Source: Octopus vulgaris (taxonomy: Eukaryota). Taken from it: 64,000 nucleotides of DNA. A model generated the notes under the pieces. The model was not told the origin of the DNA and did no database searches. It saw only the letters and a program-made list of their open reading frames with translations. Every line of letters begins with the position of its first letter. The first letter of the stretch is position 1. Below are positions 1 through 13,994 of this stretch, one piece after another. Where the stretch lies: the NCBI GenBank assembly GCA_951406725.2, contig OX597828.1, positions 9,176,001 through 9,240,000 of the forward strand, given 5' to 3'. Position numbers and translations under genes: made by a program.

Positions 1-360
1 GTCAGTGTTAACCTACATAGACACATTGAGATGGAAATTTGACGGAAAACTGTCGGTTCAACACTTCATATCATACATATGTTATTCAACAGTGATCATC
101 GAATCCACCTATAAAACAATATGGAAGATCCTGTCTCATCAAACAGCTACGTAAATCCTTTTAAGATTTCAGAATGTTCAGTTAATTAATTTTGTAGTGA
201 AATGTTTGCATAAAGTTGTACAACAGCGTAAAAATTGTTAAACAACCAACTAAAACCAAAGTACTTTCTTCACTCCTGATCCATTAAAAGGTTTCAATGA
301 AGACGCATTCGAAACCATCTACTACGTATTTGTAGTTTGCTCATAAGAAAATATAGGACG
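1..360 (+). mobile_element. Possible decayed Penelope-like element 3' part (GIY-YIG C-terminus plus HHR-like remnant)
   Basis: 110-160 reads YKTIWKILSH, then (frameshift) SYVNPFK, resembling the PLE 'Y.I.WKIL....PY' motif. ATGAAGA-cgcattc-GAAA at 297-314 resembles an HHR core. Confidence 0.3.
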
Positions 361-411
361 TTTCTAAAAAGAAACAATCCATATAAGTGTCTAGTATTTC
401 ATATTCTGTAC

Positions 412-790
412 GTGGTAAGCTCTTAGAATCGTTATCAATTCGTCCGTCTCTAGATTCTGAGTTTAAATTTCGCTGAGCCTTTTATCCTTTCGCTGTCGAT
501 ATATTCAACTTAACTAATCCACCCAAAATTGCTGGCCTTGTGTCTAATTTTAGAAGCTAATATTTCATTTTTGAAGGCGGCGAGCTGGTACAATCATTAG
601 CACGCCGAGCGAAATCTTTAGCGTTAGTTTGTCCGTTTCCACGTTCTTAGTTAAAATTTCACCGAGTCTGACTTTGCCTTTCATTCTTTCGACATCGATA
701 TAATAAGTACCAGGTGAACACTGGGCTTAATGTAATCAAATTAGCCACTCCACTTAAACTGCTGGCATTGTGACAAAATTTGAAACCAGT
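412..790 (+). mobile_element. Two tandem tRNA-derived SINEs (Nin-domain-like family A)
   Basis: Head GGCGGCGAGCTGG at 576, B-box-like GAGTTTAAAT, and central 'gactttgcctttcattctttcg...ataagtacc' domain. Many copies elsewhere in the window. Confidence 0.8.
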
Positions 791-1567
791 ACTTAATATT
801 CCGGAAACAACGTTCTATGTCACGCTAATTTTACCAAGATTTCTACAAACACCAGCCAAGAAAAATACCTTCAAATATATATAATCTTTTACAAATTTCG
901 GATCACAAGCGATCTACATAACCATTCAGGCAGTACATATAAATTTTTGTAATCATCCTAAGTTAATTAATTTTTATTATTCTGCCACAACTCGTATAGT
1001 ACAATTATATAATACTAATGTATATCCCAATCAAATGTGCAATGATATTGTAGTTTCCTTTGATCTGTATTGAGTAATTGGGTACTTTGATCATCGATTT
1101 CCCATCCGTTTACATATTTTAACTACTTTTGTAACCTTGCCAGAATTGAAAATATTAGACATTATTAATCTAAACTAGATTCTATGTACTAGCTACTTGT
1201 AACACCACTATTTTGCTTCGATATATGTTGGCTTGTTTACAAAGACATAACTTAAATATTACATCATTATATTTGTTTTCTTTTGTACCAAAGTATGTAT
1301 TTCATCCAAATGGGTAAAATGCATTCATCATTAATGATTAATTCAGGTAACCACTAGCGGGTGACCTTTCCGACCAACAGAATGTGTTTGCAGGTAGCAT
1401 CTACTTCTGCGACAAAAATATTAATTGTAGTCTCCTTACTAATGAAAGTAGATTTATGGTGCAATAGAGGCAACAGCAGTTACTATTTGCTGTGCACACT
1501 TACAGATGTGCTCTCTGTTGAAGTGCCAAGGTGGTAGTGTCTTCTTTTGCCGTTCTGTTATATTTTA

Positions 1568-1611
1568 AATATATATATATATATATATACAGACGCATAC
1601 ATATATGTGCG

Positions 1612-1651
<40 letters not shown>

Positions 1652-1818
1652 ATACATATATAAAGCACACACATATACATGCATACATACATATACATAC
1701 ATACCTACATATTTTATACACACACATATATATATATATATACATACATATATATACATATATATGCACATACATATATATATAAATTTTTATATATATT
1801 TATGTATACACACATACA

Positions 1819-1903
<85 letters not shown>
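1568..1903. repeat. Compound (TA)n/(TACA)n/(CA)n microsatellite, representative of dozens of similar tracts in the window
   Basis: Direct reading. These tracts explain the [12 protein letters not shown] ORFs. Confidence 0.97.
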
Positions 1904-1906
<3 letters not shown>

Positions 1907-2761
1907 ACAAATAATGCGGTTTTTTAGTTCCATGAACTAAAAGTCGGAGTGGGGCGGGATAAACTACCTGTATCAACTTGCTATAAAAGTTGGTAGTAAT
2001 TTTACCAAGACCTTATTTTTAGAGCAAGTTTTGAAGAGTGCAATACTATTTCAAAGCTATAATGGAAGGGACAAAGGAGCATATTCAGTATATTTTGTTT
2101 ATGAGTTCAATAAAGGCTACAACGCAATGGGAAGTACGGGGAATATTAATGAAGCGGACAAACTTCGTAAGCCGATGTTATCGGTGGTTCCAGAAATTCC
2201 GAGCCGCAAGCTACAGCCTAGAAGACGAGCCTCGTCCTTGATGATCTTTAGAGCTCGATGAGGACGTCCTGCAAACCCTGGTAGAAGAAAATCTCATCGC
2301 AACTGTTGAGGAACTAGGAGATATGCTTGGACTTGGACATTCAAACATTCATCGACACCTGCGTGCTATCTGGAAACGACCATCTTTCGTTTCAAGACGT
2401 AAGGTGTTCTTCCATCAGAATAATGCTCGGTCACATACAGAGAGGATGACATTCCAAATGCTGGAAGATGCCCCACCCACCATATTCACCGGACATTGCT
2501 CCCTCTGATTATCGTTTATTTCACAGAATTCGAAATCATTTGGCCAGAAAAAAGATGAATTATGTAGACAAGGTCAAAACAGTAGTGGAGGAGCATTTTT
2601 CGTCACGGACAAGTGAACTTTGGAAAAAGTGCCTTGAATGTCTACCATTTAGATGGAAGAGCATTATAGAAAATGATGGAGATTTTATTTTAGATTAAAA
2701 TAGCACTTTATCTTAATTTTGAAAAACAAAAACAAAATTTAAAAACTGGATTAAACCCAAT
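1904..2761 (+). mobile_element. Decayed, internally deleted mariner transposon
   Basis: Frameshifted transposase motifs YEFNKG, RWFQKFR..LEDEPRP, HQNNARSH and PHPPYSPDIAPSDYRLF. WVPHEL and the first catalytic Asp region are missing (deletion near 2375). TIR remnants ccacaaataatgcggttttt and aaaaactggatta..acccaa; inserted in (TA)n. Confidence 0.9.
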
Positions 2762-2929
2762 GTGTGTGTGTATGTGTGTGAGTGTGTATGTGTGTGAGTG
2801 TATATGTGTGTGAGTGTGTATGTATATACATGAACACTTGTATATGCATATAAATGGCTTAATTTTTGAAATCCAACATAGAGCAAGTTACAAAATGATA
2901 AATAATTGAGTTCGAGTGTTAATACTATT

Positions 2930-3150
2930 TATTACCTGGTATCTAACATCACTGCTCCCTAGTATTCATCAGTCAAGTGTTGGTGGCTAAATTCCGAACA
3001 ATAAAAATAAAATTAACGGCTGCAAGGGAGGGTACGGGTCTTTTCAGCTCATAGAAAAAATGCTAGATAAGATTCACGGTCTGAGATTCGAACCCGTGAT
3101 CCCTCGACTGCGGAGTCCGCTGCGTTAACCACTAGGTCATGTGGCCTCCA
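2930..3150 (-). mobile_element. tRNA-derived SINE
   Basis: Minus strand starts GGAGGCCACATGACCTAGTGGTTAA...GGGTTCGAATCTC (A and B boxes), followed by a non-tRNA body. Confidence 0.7.
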
Positions 3151-3417
3151 ATGATTGATACGCACATGCACACAATACAAAGAAGATATGCAATGGCCGT
3201 TTTAATCTTTATCAAAAATAAATATGTCGACAAGTTGTCAAAATAATTAAGTCGTTTCTTTGTAATTGATATCACTAAATACGAACCTGATGGTTGAATG
3301 GACTTGACCTTTTGACCTCAATCAAATATAGAAGCCTTTTCAAAATTCTTTCTCAGTCAGAACATTTCTATTACTTCTGTTATTCAAACCACTACCTTTG
3401 CCTTTTGTTCAAACTAC

Positions 3418-3745
3418 TACCTTTTACTTGCTTTAGTCATGAGACTGCGGCCATGCTTGAGTGCCATCTTAAAGAATTTTTATTCGAATGAATAGACCAC
3501 AGACTTTAATTTTTAAACCCTAGTATTTATTATATCGATCATTTGTTCTGGAGACATAGGCACACCAACACCAGTTGTTAACCCTAACCCAAAAATAGAC
3601 GGAAAGATACACGTACACACACAAGCTCACAGACACGACCACACGCGCACGCATGCACACTAACACACACGCACACCTATAAGACGGACTTCTCAGTCTC
3701 CATCTACCAAATTTACTCACAAGGAAAATATTTGCTCGAATTTTC
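3418..3745 (-). mobile_element. SINE family B (internal microsatellite), decayed
   Basis: Matches 23034-23445 and 14571-14920: 'gactgcggccatgct', 'tagtatttatt', 'ctaccaaatttactcacaagg'. Confidence 0.75.
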
Positions 3746-3749
3746 ACGC

Positions 3750-6315
3750 AATTGGACTGACACTATTTTTTGCATAGCCTCGCCCTCACTTTGACAACGA
3801 AAATTAATTATTTTCTGTTTGATATTTAAGGCTTATTGTTACATTGCTGGATTTTTGGTATATCTGTACCACGTATTAATGGAATATCTGTACCAACAAT
3901 GCTTCGTTGATTTGACGAGATTATCTTCCATTTTATTCAAATTGATTTTCAGTAACAACACGTACACATGTACTCACTTACGCACATACAAACAAACACA
4001 TGCACACGTGCGTATATCATTTATAAAATATCTGATGAATTTTCGAAATATTAGTCCAAATAGCTGAAATGTGGATTATAGAAGAGAAGAACTTTGAAAA
4101 TAGGTTTTGAAAATGGTAAGAATTAATTATACATGATTGCAGAACAACACTGAGATTACCTAATTTGCGATGTTCCTGCAAGTTATGTATTCGAAACTTT
4201 CAGATTTATTTACTTGACTGTAGAAGTGGTCGACTAGAACTGCAAATATAAAAAGGTTATTCTTTTGACCATGCTTGTGATTTGGCTTGAACAAAACAGT
4301 TTGGAGTGATAAAGGTTAGGAAAGTTTAAATACTCTACATATGGCCCTGCTGAAGCATAACGTTCTCGAAGACACAAAATCTTTCATAGATCTTAAAACA
4401 TTTGGAAGTGTTCGTAGAGACTTACAATTAGATTCGTATAAAAATCAAAGCGTACGACAGCATAATGAAGTTAGATGGAACAGGTCCGTTCTTCGGCGTT
4501 TGATCGATGTGGTTATTCTTTTCGGTCGCTAGGATATATAATTTCGGAATCGTTTTGAATCCAAAGAGCCCAATAATCGCGCAAATTATAGAAAAATCTT
4601 ATAGTTTTAATTTGTAAATATGACGAAAAATTGGCAATGTATCTTCCGTTTCTCTCAGGTATTTCCAATAAAATTCAAAATGATTTGATTGACCCAGTTC
4701 AAAATGTTACGTTAGGATGAAATAGAGAATGAACTGAAGCAGGCTATATTCGTAGCTATTATTGGTGATAATACATCAGATGTATCGAACTATTTCATAA
4801 ATGTTCTGCGTTATGTTACAAAAGATTGTGTTGCCAAAGAACAATTTATCGGTCTTCATGAGGTTAGAGCAGTATCGTTGAGCAACTGCTTTAACTGAAC
4901 ACGTTTTGAAATAAATTGAATCATGGAAATGTGAAAGTAAATTGACTGCAGAAGACTGTGATGGTGCCGCTACAATGGCAGGACAATAAAATGGTTTGCA
5001 GTCAAACGCAAGAGAGAAATATGAATGTGCGAACTTTGTTTGTTATTGTGCTCATTTCTTAAATTTAGTTCTTTCACAAGCATGCTTTGCTATGAAAAGA
5101 ATGCAAGATATTTGCCTTCTACAATAAATAGACTAGATATATGTTTTACAAAAATCACCCAAATTACATAGCTAATACATAGCTAAAACTTGATTTCTCA
5201 AAGCTAAAGCTACCTGATGTAACTACCCCACACGTCATATTGATTGTCTAAAAGAAAACCGTAATGCCATAATCAGTATTTTGAAAACATCATTGAAAAT
5301 CTCGAAGCATGGGACGAGACCACAATAAATTCTGCAATTGGATTCTTACTTAATTTGAAATTTCCCGATCTTGTTTTTATTGGAAGTATTTAGTGAAATA
5401 TTTTCTCTAACTGACGTCGTATATAATATCCTTCTGTCTACAAGTCATGAGAATGTACTCTAAAGGGCAAACAAATATAACTAGAAACATACGATGATTT
5501 TTTCAATATTTTGTGTTATTGGAAATCTATAGGATCTATGCTGCAATCAAAATTAAAAGATCTGGGATTAGATCTATTGATCCCCAACTACGTTATAGAA
5601 TGCTCTATTAGAAAATTGATAGCACAGCAGTGGACGAATTAAAAATGCGATACTTATACTTACAATAGCTTCAATTCTTGGACCTCTTCAATTTCAACGA
5701 AAGTGACGAATATCGCAAAATATTTCCAGTGGATTCTTGAAATTCTTTAAAAACCACTTATAGCAGAGGTTTTTTTTATTCTGACATAATACGATTACAG
5801 TGTGAGCTAAACGCAATGGATTCTATGCAAGATTTTAAAAGGAATTCAATGCACGACATTTACATAAATGCTTTGATTGAAGCTATTCTAGAACTCTTCA
5901 ATCGCTGTAATCTTATTTTCACAATTCCGTCTATAACAGCTTCTGAAGAGTGGTCCTCTTCTACATTGAAGAAAATTAAGTCTGTCCAAAGAAATACAAC
6001 AGAAAACAAAATACTTTCAGGGCTGATATGATTTGCCCCAACATCTAATTAATACAGAAAATTTTCATGAGAATATAATAAATATATTTGCTCCGAAAGA
6101 TCAAAAACTAAATTAATTTATAAACAAGTCACGTAAATAGTAATTGTTTTTTTTTTCGCACAGCTTTTTTAAAAGTTTAAGCGCATTAAAGCAGCGACCT
6201 ACATGAACGTGATACAAAACTAATTTCTTTCACTTATATAAATTTCAAAAATGATTCAACTCACCCAATAAGTTTACATTGCATTACCAAATTCAAAATA
6301 CCTTGCACGCCACAG
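3750..6315 (+). mobile_element. Decayed hAT transposon (ZMYM1-like transposase pseudogene)
   Basis: Broken frames give NRSVLRRLIDVV, FVAIIGDNTSDVS, DGAATMAG, AHFLNLVLSQAC and the dimerisation-like IFTIPSITASEEWSSSTLKKIKS. The right TIR gcacgccacag ends at 6315; the left end is unclear. Confidence 0.8.
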
Positions 6316-6480
6316 GTACCTACCTACCCACCTACCTACCTACCTACCTACAAACATACATTATATATACATATATAGTTATTTATATATATAAATATAT
6401 GTATTTATATAATGTATGTATGTTAGTAGGTAGGTAGGTAAGTAGGTAGGTAGGTAGGTGCCAGTGGCGTGCGGTGAATT
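6290..6480. repeat. Fold-back palindrome including the hAT terminus
   Basis: aattca..gcacgccacaggtacctacc...(CCTA)n is mirrored by (TAGG)n...gtgccagtggcgtgcggtgaatt. Confidence 0.8.
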
Positions 6481-6551
6481 ATATATATATATAATATAAT
6501 ACAATATATATTATATATAATATATATATTATATATATACATACATATATA

Positions 6552-6606
<55 letters not shown>

Positions 6607-6766
6607 CAGAGGATTGCACCAAAGGACTTACGGATTTATATCCACAAGATCGGAAAGCTGAACTGTGAATAATTATGCTAAGGTTTTCTTCATCTCTTTA
6701 TTACTTTACTCCTGTCCTCTATGTCGCTATTTCATTAATCTATACCCTTCTTCTTTTCCCTATTTG

Positions 6767-6820
6767 TCTTTGATGATGGAGTATCCCATTCTCCAGGATA
6801 TCCCAGAAACAGCTGTAAGA
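6767..6820 (+). ncRNA. Minimal type I hammerhead ribozyme motif (U3.G8 core) in a ~290-bp element (6605-6898)
   Basis: tct-TTGATGA-tggagtatcc..ggatatccca-GAAA-cagctg-TA-aga: stem I, 10-bp stem II with one mismatch, palindromic stem III ACAGCTGT, GUA site. Confidence 0.75.
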
Positions 6821-6900
6821 ATTTGAACTTTTTCAATAATAATAATGTATATCACTTGAGATGTTTGCCTTTCTTTAGCGTTTGTTGCCCTCTCTAATAC

Positions 6901-6982
<82 letters not shown>

Positions 6983-7424
6983 TTATATGTAATTATTAGA
7001 TAATAAGACTGTGATATATGCCTGGTAGCTTACAGGTAATGTACTTTCACTTTCACAATGCGCGTTGTGTGCTTGGTTAATGAGAGAAATAGAAGATAGA
7101 AGATACGAAAGTGTCTTATTAATCTCTGCAAATGTTTCGACCCATCAAGGATCGAATTTTCACAACTGGTTCAGGAACATATATACATAAATGTATTTAT
7201 TTTCAGAAATGCGACATTTTGCATCATCCTGACATATAATTTTGCGATATTTGCTTGTTTAATCTCAGTCACTTTATGTGATTGAAGCACGTGGCTTTCT
7301 GAAATGTTTACATCGCATCATTCTAATGAGTTTTAAAGATAATTTTTGAACAGAATATTCCCTAAAATGTTTTGAAAAAAAATATTTTTAGGCATTTTCT
7401 TCACTATAAATTTTTAAATAGCCA

Positions 7425-7737
7425 TGCGACGACCAAGGCCTTGCGAGAGGATTTCATTGAAAGGCCCTGAAAGAAGCCTATCATATATAAATATGTATAT
7501 ATCTAAATGTGTATGTATCTGAGTGTCTGCCTTTGTGCTTTGTGTCTGTGTTTGTTCCAAACCAGCGCTTGAAAATCGGTGTTATCGTGTTTACGTCCTG
7601 GTAACTTAACAGTTTGGCAAAATAACGATAGAATAAGTACTAGGCTTCAAGGACAAATAAGAGTACTGAGGTCAATTCATTCGGGCAAAATGCACCAAGG
7701 CGGTGACCCAGTCTAAAGGGACTGAAACAAATAGAAT
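7425..7737 (+). mobile_element. SINE family B, decayed
   Basis: 'cgatagaataagtactaggctt' and tail 'ggcggtg...actgaaacaa' shared with 23034-23445. Confidence 0.75.
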
Positions 7738-7748
7738 ACTAAACATAA

Positions 7749-7802
<54 letters not shown>

Positions 7803-7840
7803 GTATGTATATATATATATATATATATATATAGACATGT

Positions 7841-7940
<100 letters not shown>

Positions 7941-7944
7941 TTAT

Positions 7945-8281
7945 GCATCCCCTGCCCAATTCAAGATAACAGCATACATGTACACTGCAACGTAATTTAT
8001 TTTCCTCAACAGGCCCTGCCCTATTTAACATTGTCCCAAAAGAGATCAAAGAGGAAAAGGATCCCATCAACTTTAAACGGAGTCTGGATAGATTCCTTCA
8101 AAGAATACCTGATAAGCCACCCATAATTGGATACAACTCACCCAACAAAAACTCACTACTTAAATGGAGCATAAACAAAACTTGACTTAAACAGGATCCG
8201 AATAATCCTATCAGGTGGTGCTATTAAGTTAGACATGTCCTGGACCAATCTTTGGTCGAAATATATCTAAGATTATCTAAG
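7945..8281 (+). mobile_element. CR1/L2-group LINE 3' fragment
   Basis: Translates to [39 protein letters not shown], followed by a short 3' UTR; embedded in (TA)n. Confidence 0.75.
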
Positions 8282-8347
8282 TTTATATGTATATACATAT
8301 ATGTATATATATATATATGTATACATGTATATATATATATGTATATA

Positions 8348-8418
<71 letters not shown>

Positions 8419-9707
8419 ATATATATGTATATGTATATATATATGTATATGTATGTATATGTATATATATATAACAGAAATAGTGTTATATATACATATA
8501 TATATATATAAGTATGTATATATGTATATGTGTACATATGTATATATTCATATGTATATATATCTGTATATATGTACATATACCTATGTATACATATATA
8601 TATATACTTTGTTTTTGTATGTCTGCATATTGCATTATAAGTTTTTGTATTATTTCAATTATTTCTTGAGCTCGAATTATCATTACACGCCTCACTCTAG
8701 ATCATATATTAAGTAGGTGGATATTTAACAAGAAAAACTTCGTGTTGTACCACACCCATATCTCCTTGAATTTAATTTGTAATTACCTGCATTTTCGCTT
8801 CTTTTTGTTTCCTCAGATATTCTTTGTAAAATACCTATGAATCTAGCAGTCATGTTTACAGTCTTTAGTAGAATGAAAATAATTGAGGTCATCAAAAATT
8901 TAAACTATTCATGAAATATATTACCGTTTTTTAAATATATTTTACCAAGTATTAAGTACTCTATTTACATTGTGAATGCTCTTCGTCTCACGATGAGGTC
9001 CCTCCATAAAAGACGACTATACAAATATGCATACATACACACACACGTACGTACATACATACATACATACTTGCTTACATATATAACAACTCACGAACAC
9101 ATTCATATATGTTTATAGGCTTCTGTTAGAATATACTTTGCACACACATACGCACAAATATATACGAGTTCATTTTCTCTTTGTATTTCCTATCGTGTAC
9201 GTATTAGTACGAATGTAAAAATAGTGATCGTCTGATTGGTTGATTGATAAATACAGACAAAAAATATAAATAATACGAATATAAAGCTGTACGACATCAC
9301 ATACATATATATCTGTAAATATGAGAATATAAGCGTGTGTATGTATGCATGTATATATATATATGAGTGTGTGTGTGTGTGTGTATGTATGTATGTGTGT
9401 ATGTATATGAAGTTGTGGGCATGTATGTGTGCGTGTGTGCATGTGTGCATATGTATATACAATCATATACGCCTGTGTTTCTGTACGTATATTTATTTAT
9501 GTGTTATAACATGTATGTTCATACGTAGGGAAATATGCGTGCTTCTACATATGTACATTCATACACAAACATACACACACACAGACACACACACACATAT
9601 ATATCTATATATATATATCGATAGATATATGTTATATATGTATATATATACATATACACACTATTATACATACATGCACATATATATACCTATAAAAACA
9701 TGCGCAC

Positions 9708-9741
<34 letters not shown>

Positions 9742-10281
9742 TAATATGAATACATAGATATATGTGTTTACGTTTGCGGATATATATGTATGTATTATAC
9801 AGATAAATATATTGATACTCAACACAAACTTTATATGTGTGTTGAATGTCTGTATGTTTGTGTCAGTTTTGTCAATGCCTGTGGGTGTATCTGTGTGTGT
9901 GTGTGTGTGTGTGTGTGCGTGAATGTGTGAATGTGTGTACGTGCAGCTTCCTATGAGGTGTTTGTCTTGTAATTATATAGTTATATATTTATGTGAGGAA
10001 AAGAAGATTTAGGTTATAAATGTCAAAGTGAATATATGAAGAATTATTCCTTTGTTATGCAATATTTTATGTCTCCTTTCAGAAATTGTCTTTGATGTGT
10101 TCGTTTGTAAGGACGGTTTCCAAGAAAATGAAACATTCATTTGCTGATTTTTATTCCATTCAATCTACACGATTTATGGAAATATATATCAAAGGATATC
10201 AAAAAAATATTCCTTCACACAATCATATTTATATCGAAGCACTGTCACGGACATATATACATATATATATATATATATGTG

Positions 10282-10322
<41 letters not shown>

Positions 10323-11389
10323 ATATATGTATATATACATCATATATATATATATGTATGTATATATATATAGTTACATATATATGTATGTATATACAAA
10401 TGTATATAATATGTGTGTTTGTGTGTGTGTTTGAGTGTGTGTGTGTGTAAGTGGCAGAGTCTTCTTGTGTATGTTCGCATGAATGTAAGGCGGTGTGTTT
10501 GTATTTGCGTATATATAAAATATCTTGTAGTATAAATATAAATTTCTCCAGCGGAATAACAGTCTCTTAAAAATGATAATCTATGTTTTTTATGACTTGT
10601 CATGTTTTGTTTAAAATATAGTTATATATCGCCAAATGGTACGAATTCATTATAATCCTCTTCATTTATGTCAGTTCAAGTCACTCGCTGACGTCAAATG
10701 TTGGTAGGTAGTGAGATACAACACATAAACATATAGCAGTAAATAGATACACACACCCACACACATACACATACAAATACATAATTTTTTATTCAAAATA
10801 CCTCAGGAATATATCTTGAATACAGGAATCTATGAAAGAGCTTTATAAACTATACTCAGAGCAATATTGCTTAGACGAGCTAATTGAAGAAAGCAATTCA
10901 GAGTGTATTTATATGGAAAGAAAATATATCTGCAATATCGTAACACGCGTCTTCCTTCTAGAAACCGGTTAATTCTTACACAGAACCTTGTTGGACATTT
11001 ATGAACCGAATTTTTTGATACATTACTTCACCGTACTCAAAGTATGAAAATAACCAATCAATCAATGTCATGTGGATCTACATTAGGTTAAACCTTTGAA
11101 AATTCTACAGCAATATTTACTTTTAATATACATACGGTTTGAATTATTTAATAGATTCAACGAAATAACATACTTGTAACAATTAACTTAAGCCTCCCTT
11201 AAACTGCTCTTTATTAGGTTAAAAAGTTTTTTTAGATGCAAACTCATGCACATACTCACATTTTTGCAAACATGCATACATATATATCCATATATGTGTG
11301 TGCATCTAGGTGTGTCAATTACAAGAAAGTACTGCTGTTATAATAAACTGTATAATAATGTAAACATATGATAGCGTAAAAATATTACA

Positions 11390-11798
11390 ATTTTTGGCTC
11401 AAAGCCAACAATTTCGGTGGGTGGGGGATAAGTCAATTACAGCAACCAAAATGCCCAACTTGCACTTATTTTATCGAGCCTCACAAGATAAAACGCAAAG
11501 TCGAACTCGACGAAGCGCAGCTAAGTTTTTTGCCTGACATGCTAAAGATTCTGCCAGCTCGCCGTCTTATGTAAGCATATAATAATCCATTCTACTATCA
11601 GCACAAGGTCTGAAATATGGAGGAGGGGACTAGTCGATTGTATCGACCCCAGTGTTTCCCTAGTAATTAATTTATCGACCACGTAAAGGATGAAAGGCAA
11701 ATTAGACCTCGGAGGAATTTGAACTCAGAACATAGCGACTGGCAAAATACCGTTCAGAATTTCGCCCAGTTTGCTAACGATTCTGCCACCTCGCCAGC
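11390..11798 (-). mobile_element. Two tandem SINE family A copies
   Basis: Both end ctgccagctcgcc-like (reverse complement of the head). The second copy is flanked by the direct repeat ttatgtaagcWtataataat. Confidence 0.85.
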
Positions 11799-11899
11799 TT
11801 ATGTAAGCTTATAATAATTGCATTCCATCATTTCTTTCAATGTGCAGAAAGAATAGGTGTCATAACCCTTTACCAAAGAAGTAGAATCTTTAGAGAAAG

Positions 11900-12340
11900 C
11901 ATCATTCAGCAATTCCACCAACGTTGCATTTCTCTGCTACTGATGCACTTCTATGATTTTTCGCACTTTATGACTGCAAGCAGGGTATATTTGTGCCTGT
12001 CAATAATATACAGAATTTGCTTCTGCTCCACTGCCACTTCCTCTCCTAATAACGAAAGTTCATCTAGCGGATTCAGCTAACAGCGACATAGTAATCCAAC
12101 AAAGAGGATAATGCAGATTTTCATGCGTCTGGAATCCGGGATTTCCGAACGATTGAGTTCTTTCATGAGTAGTATATAAGCTATAAGAAATCAGAAGCTG
12201 AATATATCAGTGCAAATACTTGTCATCCTTGTGGCCATTTCTGCACATGTTGTTCTGATGATCTTACGAGCTAGCTTACTTTATTATTGACTTGTGGATA
12301 TACTGCTGTCTTGAATAATGCAACCGATGCATATTAGTGC
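11900..12340 (-). mobile_element. Possible piggyBac-like transposase C-terminal remnant
   Basis: Minus-strand fragments YIHK.NNK and DHQN, plus Cys-rich KCNVG...CF; heavily decayed. Confidence 0.35.
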
Positions 12341-13086
12341 AGACATGTAAACATATTATATACTACACAGAAAATGTTATTACATGACGACGTCAGTGAA
12401 ACGGCCGTAAGCCTATGGGTGACAAGTCGTTAAATAAATATATATTCCTTCTCTCTTTCTCCATCTCTCTCTGTCTCTCTCTCTCCACACACACATATAT
12501 ATATATATATATACATACATATATATATATTTATTTATAATTACATACATATTTATGTATTATAGGTGTGTCTGTTTGCGTATGTGTGTGTGCGTGTGTA
12601 TACAAACGCGCGCTTATAGTGATTAGATAACTGACGTCTGGGACTCATTATCTATCGAGCGCATGCATTATTTGTGACTAAGTTATATTCTTATAAATGG
12701 CGCCTGAATATATCCAGAATGCTTTATGTACCATATATAAGTAGGGCAATAGTTTCATTTTAGTTACATCCTGGATAAAGGATTCGACAATACAGGAAGA
12801 TGTTTAAAAGACATCGGGGTGTTACCTATATCTTTTACATATCAGATAGAGAGAAGGAAACAGAGAGTAACGAGTGAATGGCAGCAAAATCCCATAAATG
12901 TTACCCCCTTTACAGCTTCAATGGTATATTCACACGTACATACTCTTATGAATACTTCAAAATATATACATACATATACATACATATTAATATATATATA
13001 TATATATATATATAAGTATACGTACATATGTATGTATATATTTGGTATATATATATATACATATATACATACATATACATATATAC

Positions 13087-13135
<49 letters not shown>

Positions 13136-13781
13136 AATACATAAATATGTGTGTATGTATGTATATATAGAGAGATAAATAGAGGAATAGATGACATACG
13201 TTTATATGTATATGTGTGTGTATGTGCGCGCGTATCTGTTAATAAATAGATTATTTAAAAACATATCAACGTACACGAATATATTCTAGGAATTTCAAAT
13301 GATAGCAGATTTCAAGTGTATTGGCATTGATATGAAAATAGGAGCTATATTAAATCGATAAATTCCTCATTCAAGTTTTAAATAAATATACGGGGAATTT
13401 ATCTCTAGGGCACAGTGTACGCATACACAGCGTATAAACACACACACAAAAATACACACACATATGTATGTATGTAATTATGTATTATGTGTGTATGCAT
13501 GCATATAGGCATATAGGCATATATTACGATGAATATGATAAAGAGCTTAGTAAAGCTTAGCGTTTAGAATAAATGCCGTCAATTAACTTCTAATTACTGC
13601 AGTTTAAATTTAATATACATTTATGTACGCTGTGATTCATTTCACTAAAACGTTTCTTCGAGCATTCAATGGTAGGACATCCTTTCATCTATGTAATTTT
13701 ATATTTCACTTTTTCTCACTTTTTCTAATTGTCATGAGGACTTATTTTGCACATATATATATATATGTGTGTGTGTGTGTG

Positions 13782-13834
<53 letters not shown>

Positions 13835-13994
13835 ATATGTATATATGTATATATATATATATGTATATATGTATATATATATATGTGTGTGTATATGTAT
13901 ATATATATATATGTGTGTATATGTATATATATATATGTGTGTGTGTATATGTATATATATATATATATTTGTATATGTATATATATATATATAT

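Noticed and set aside
10066-10112. Possible 24-nt microexon (ctttcag...gtaagg)
   Set aside because: Splice-like motifs this short arise by chance; no supporting exons.
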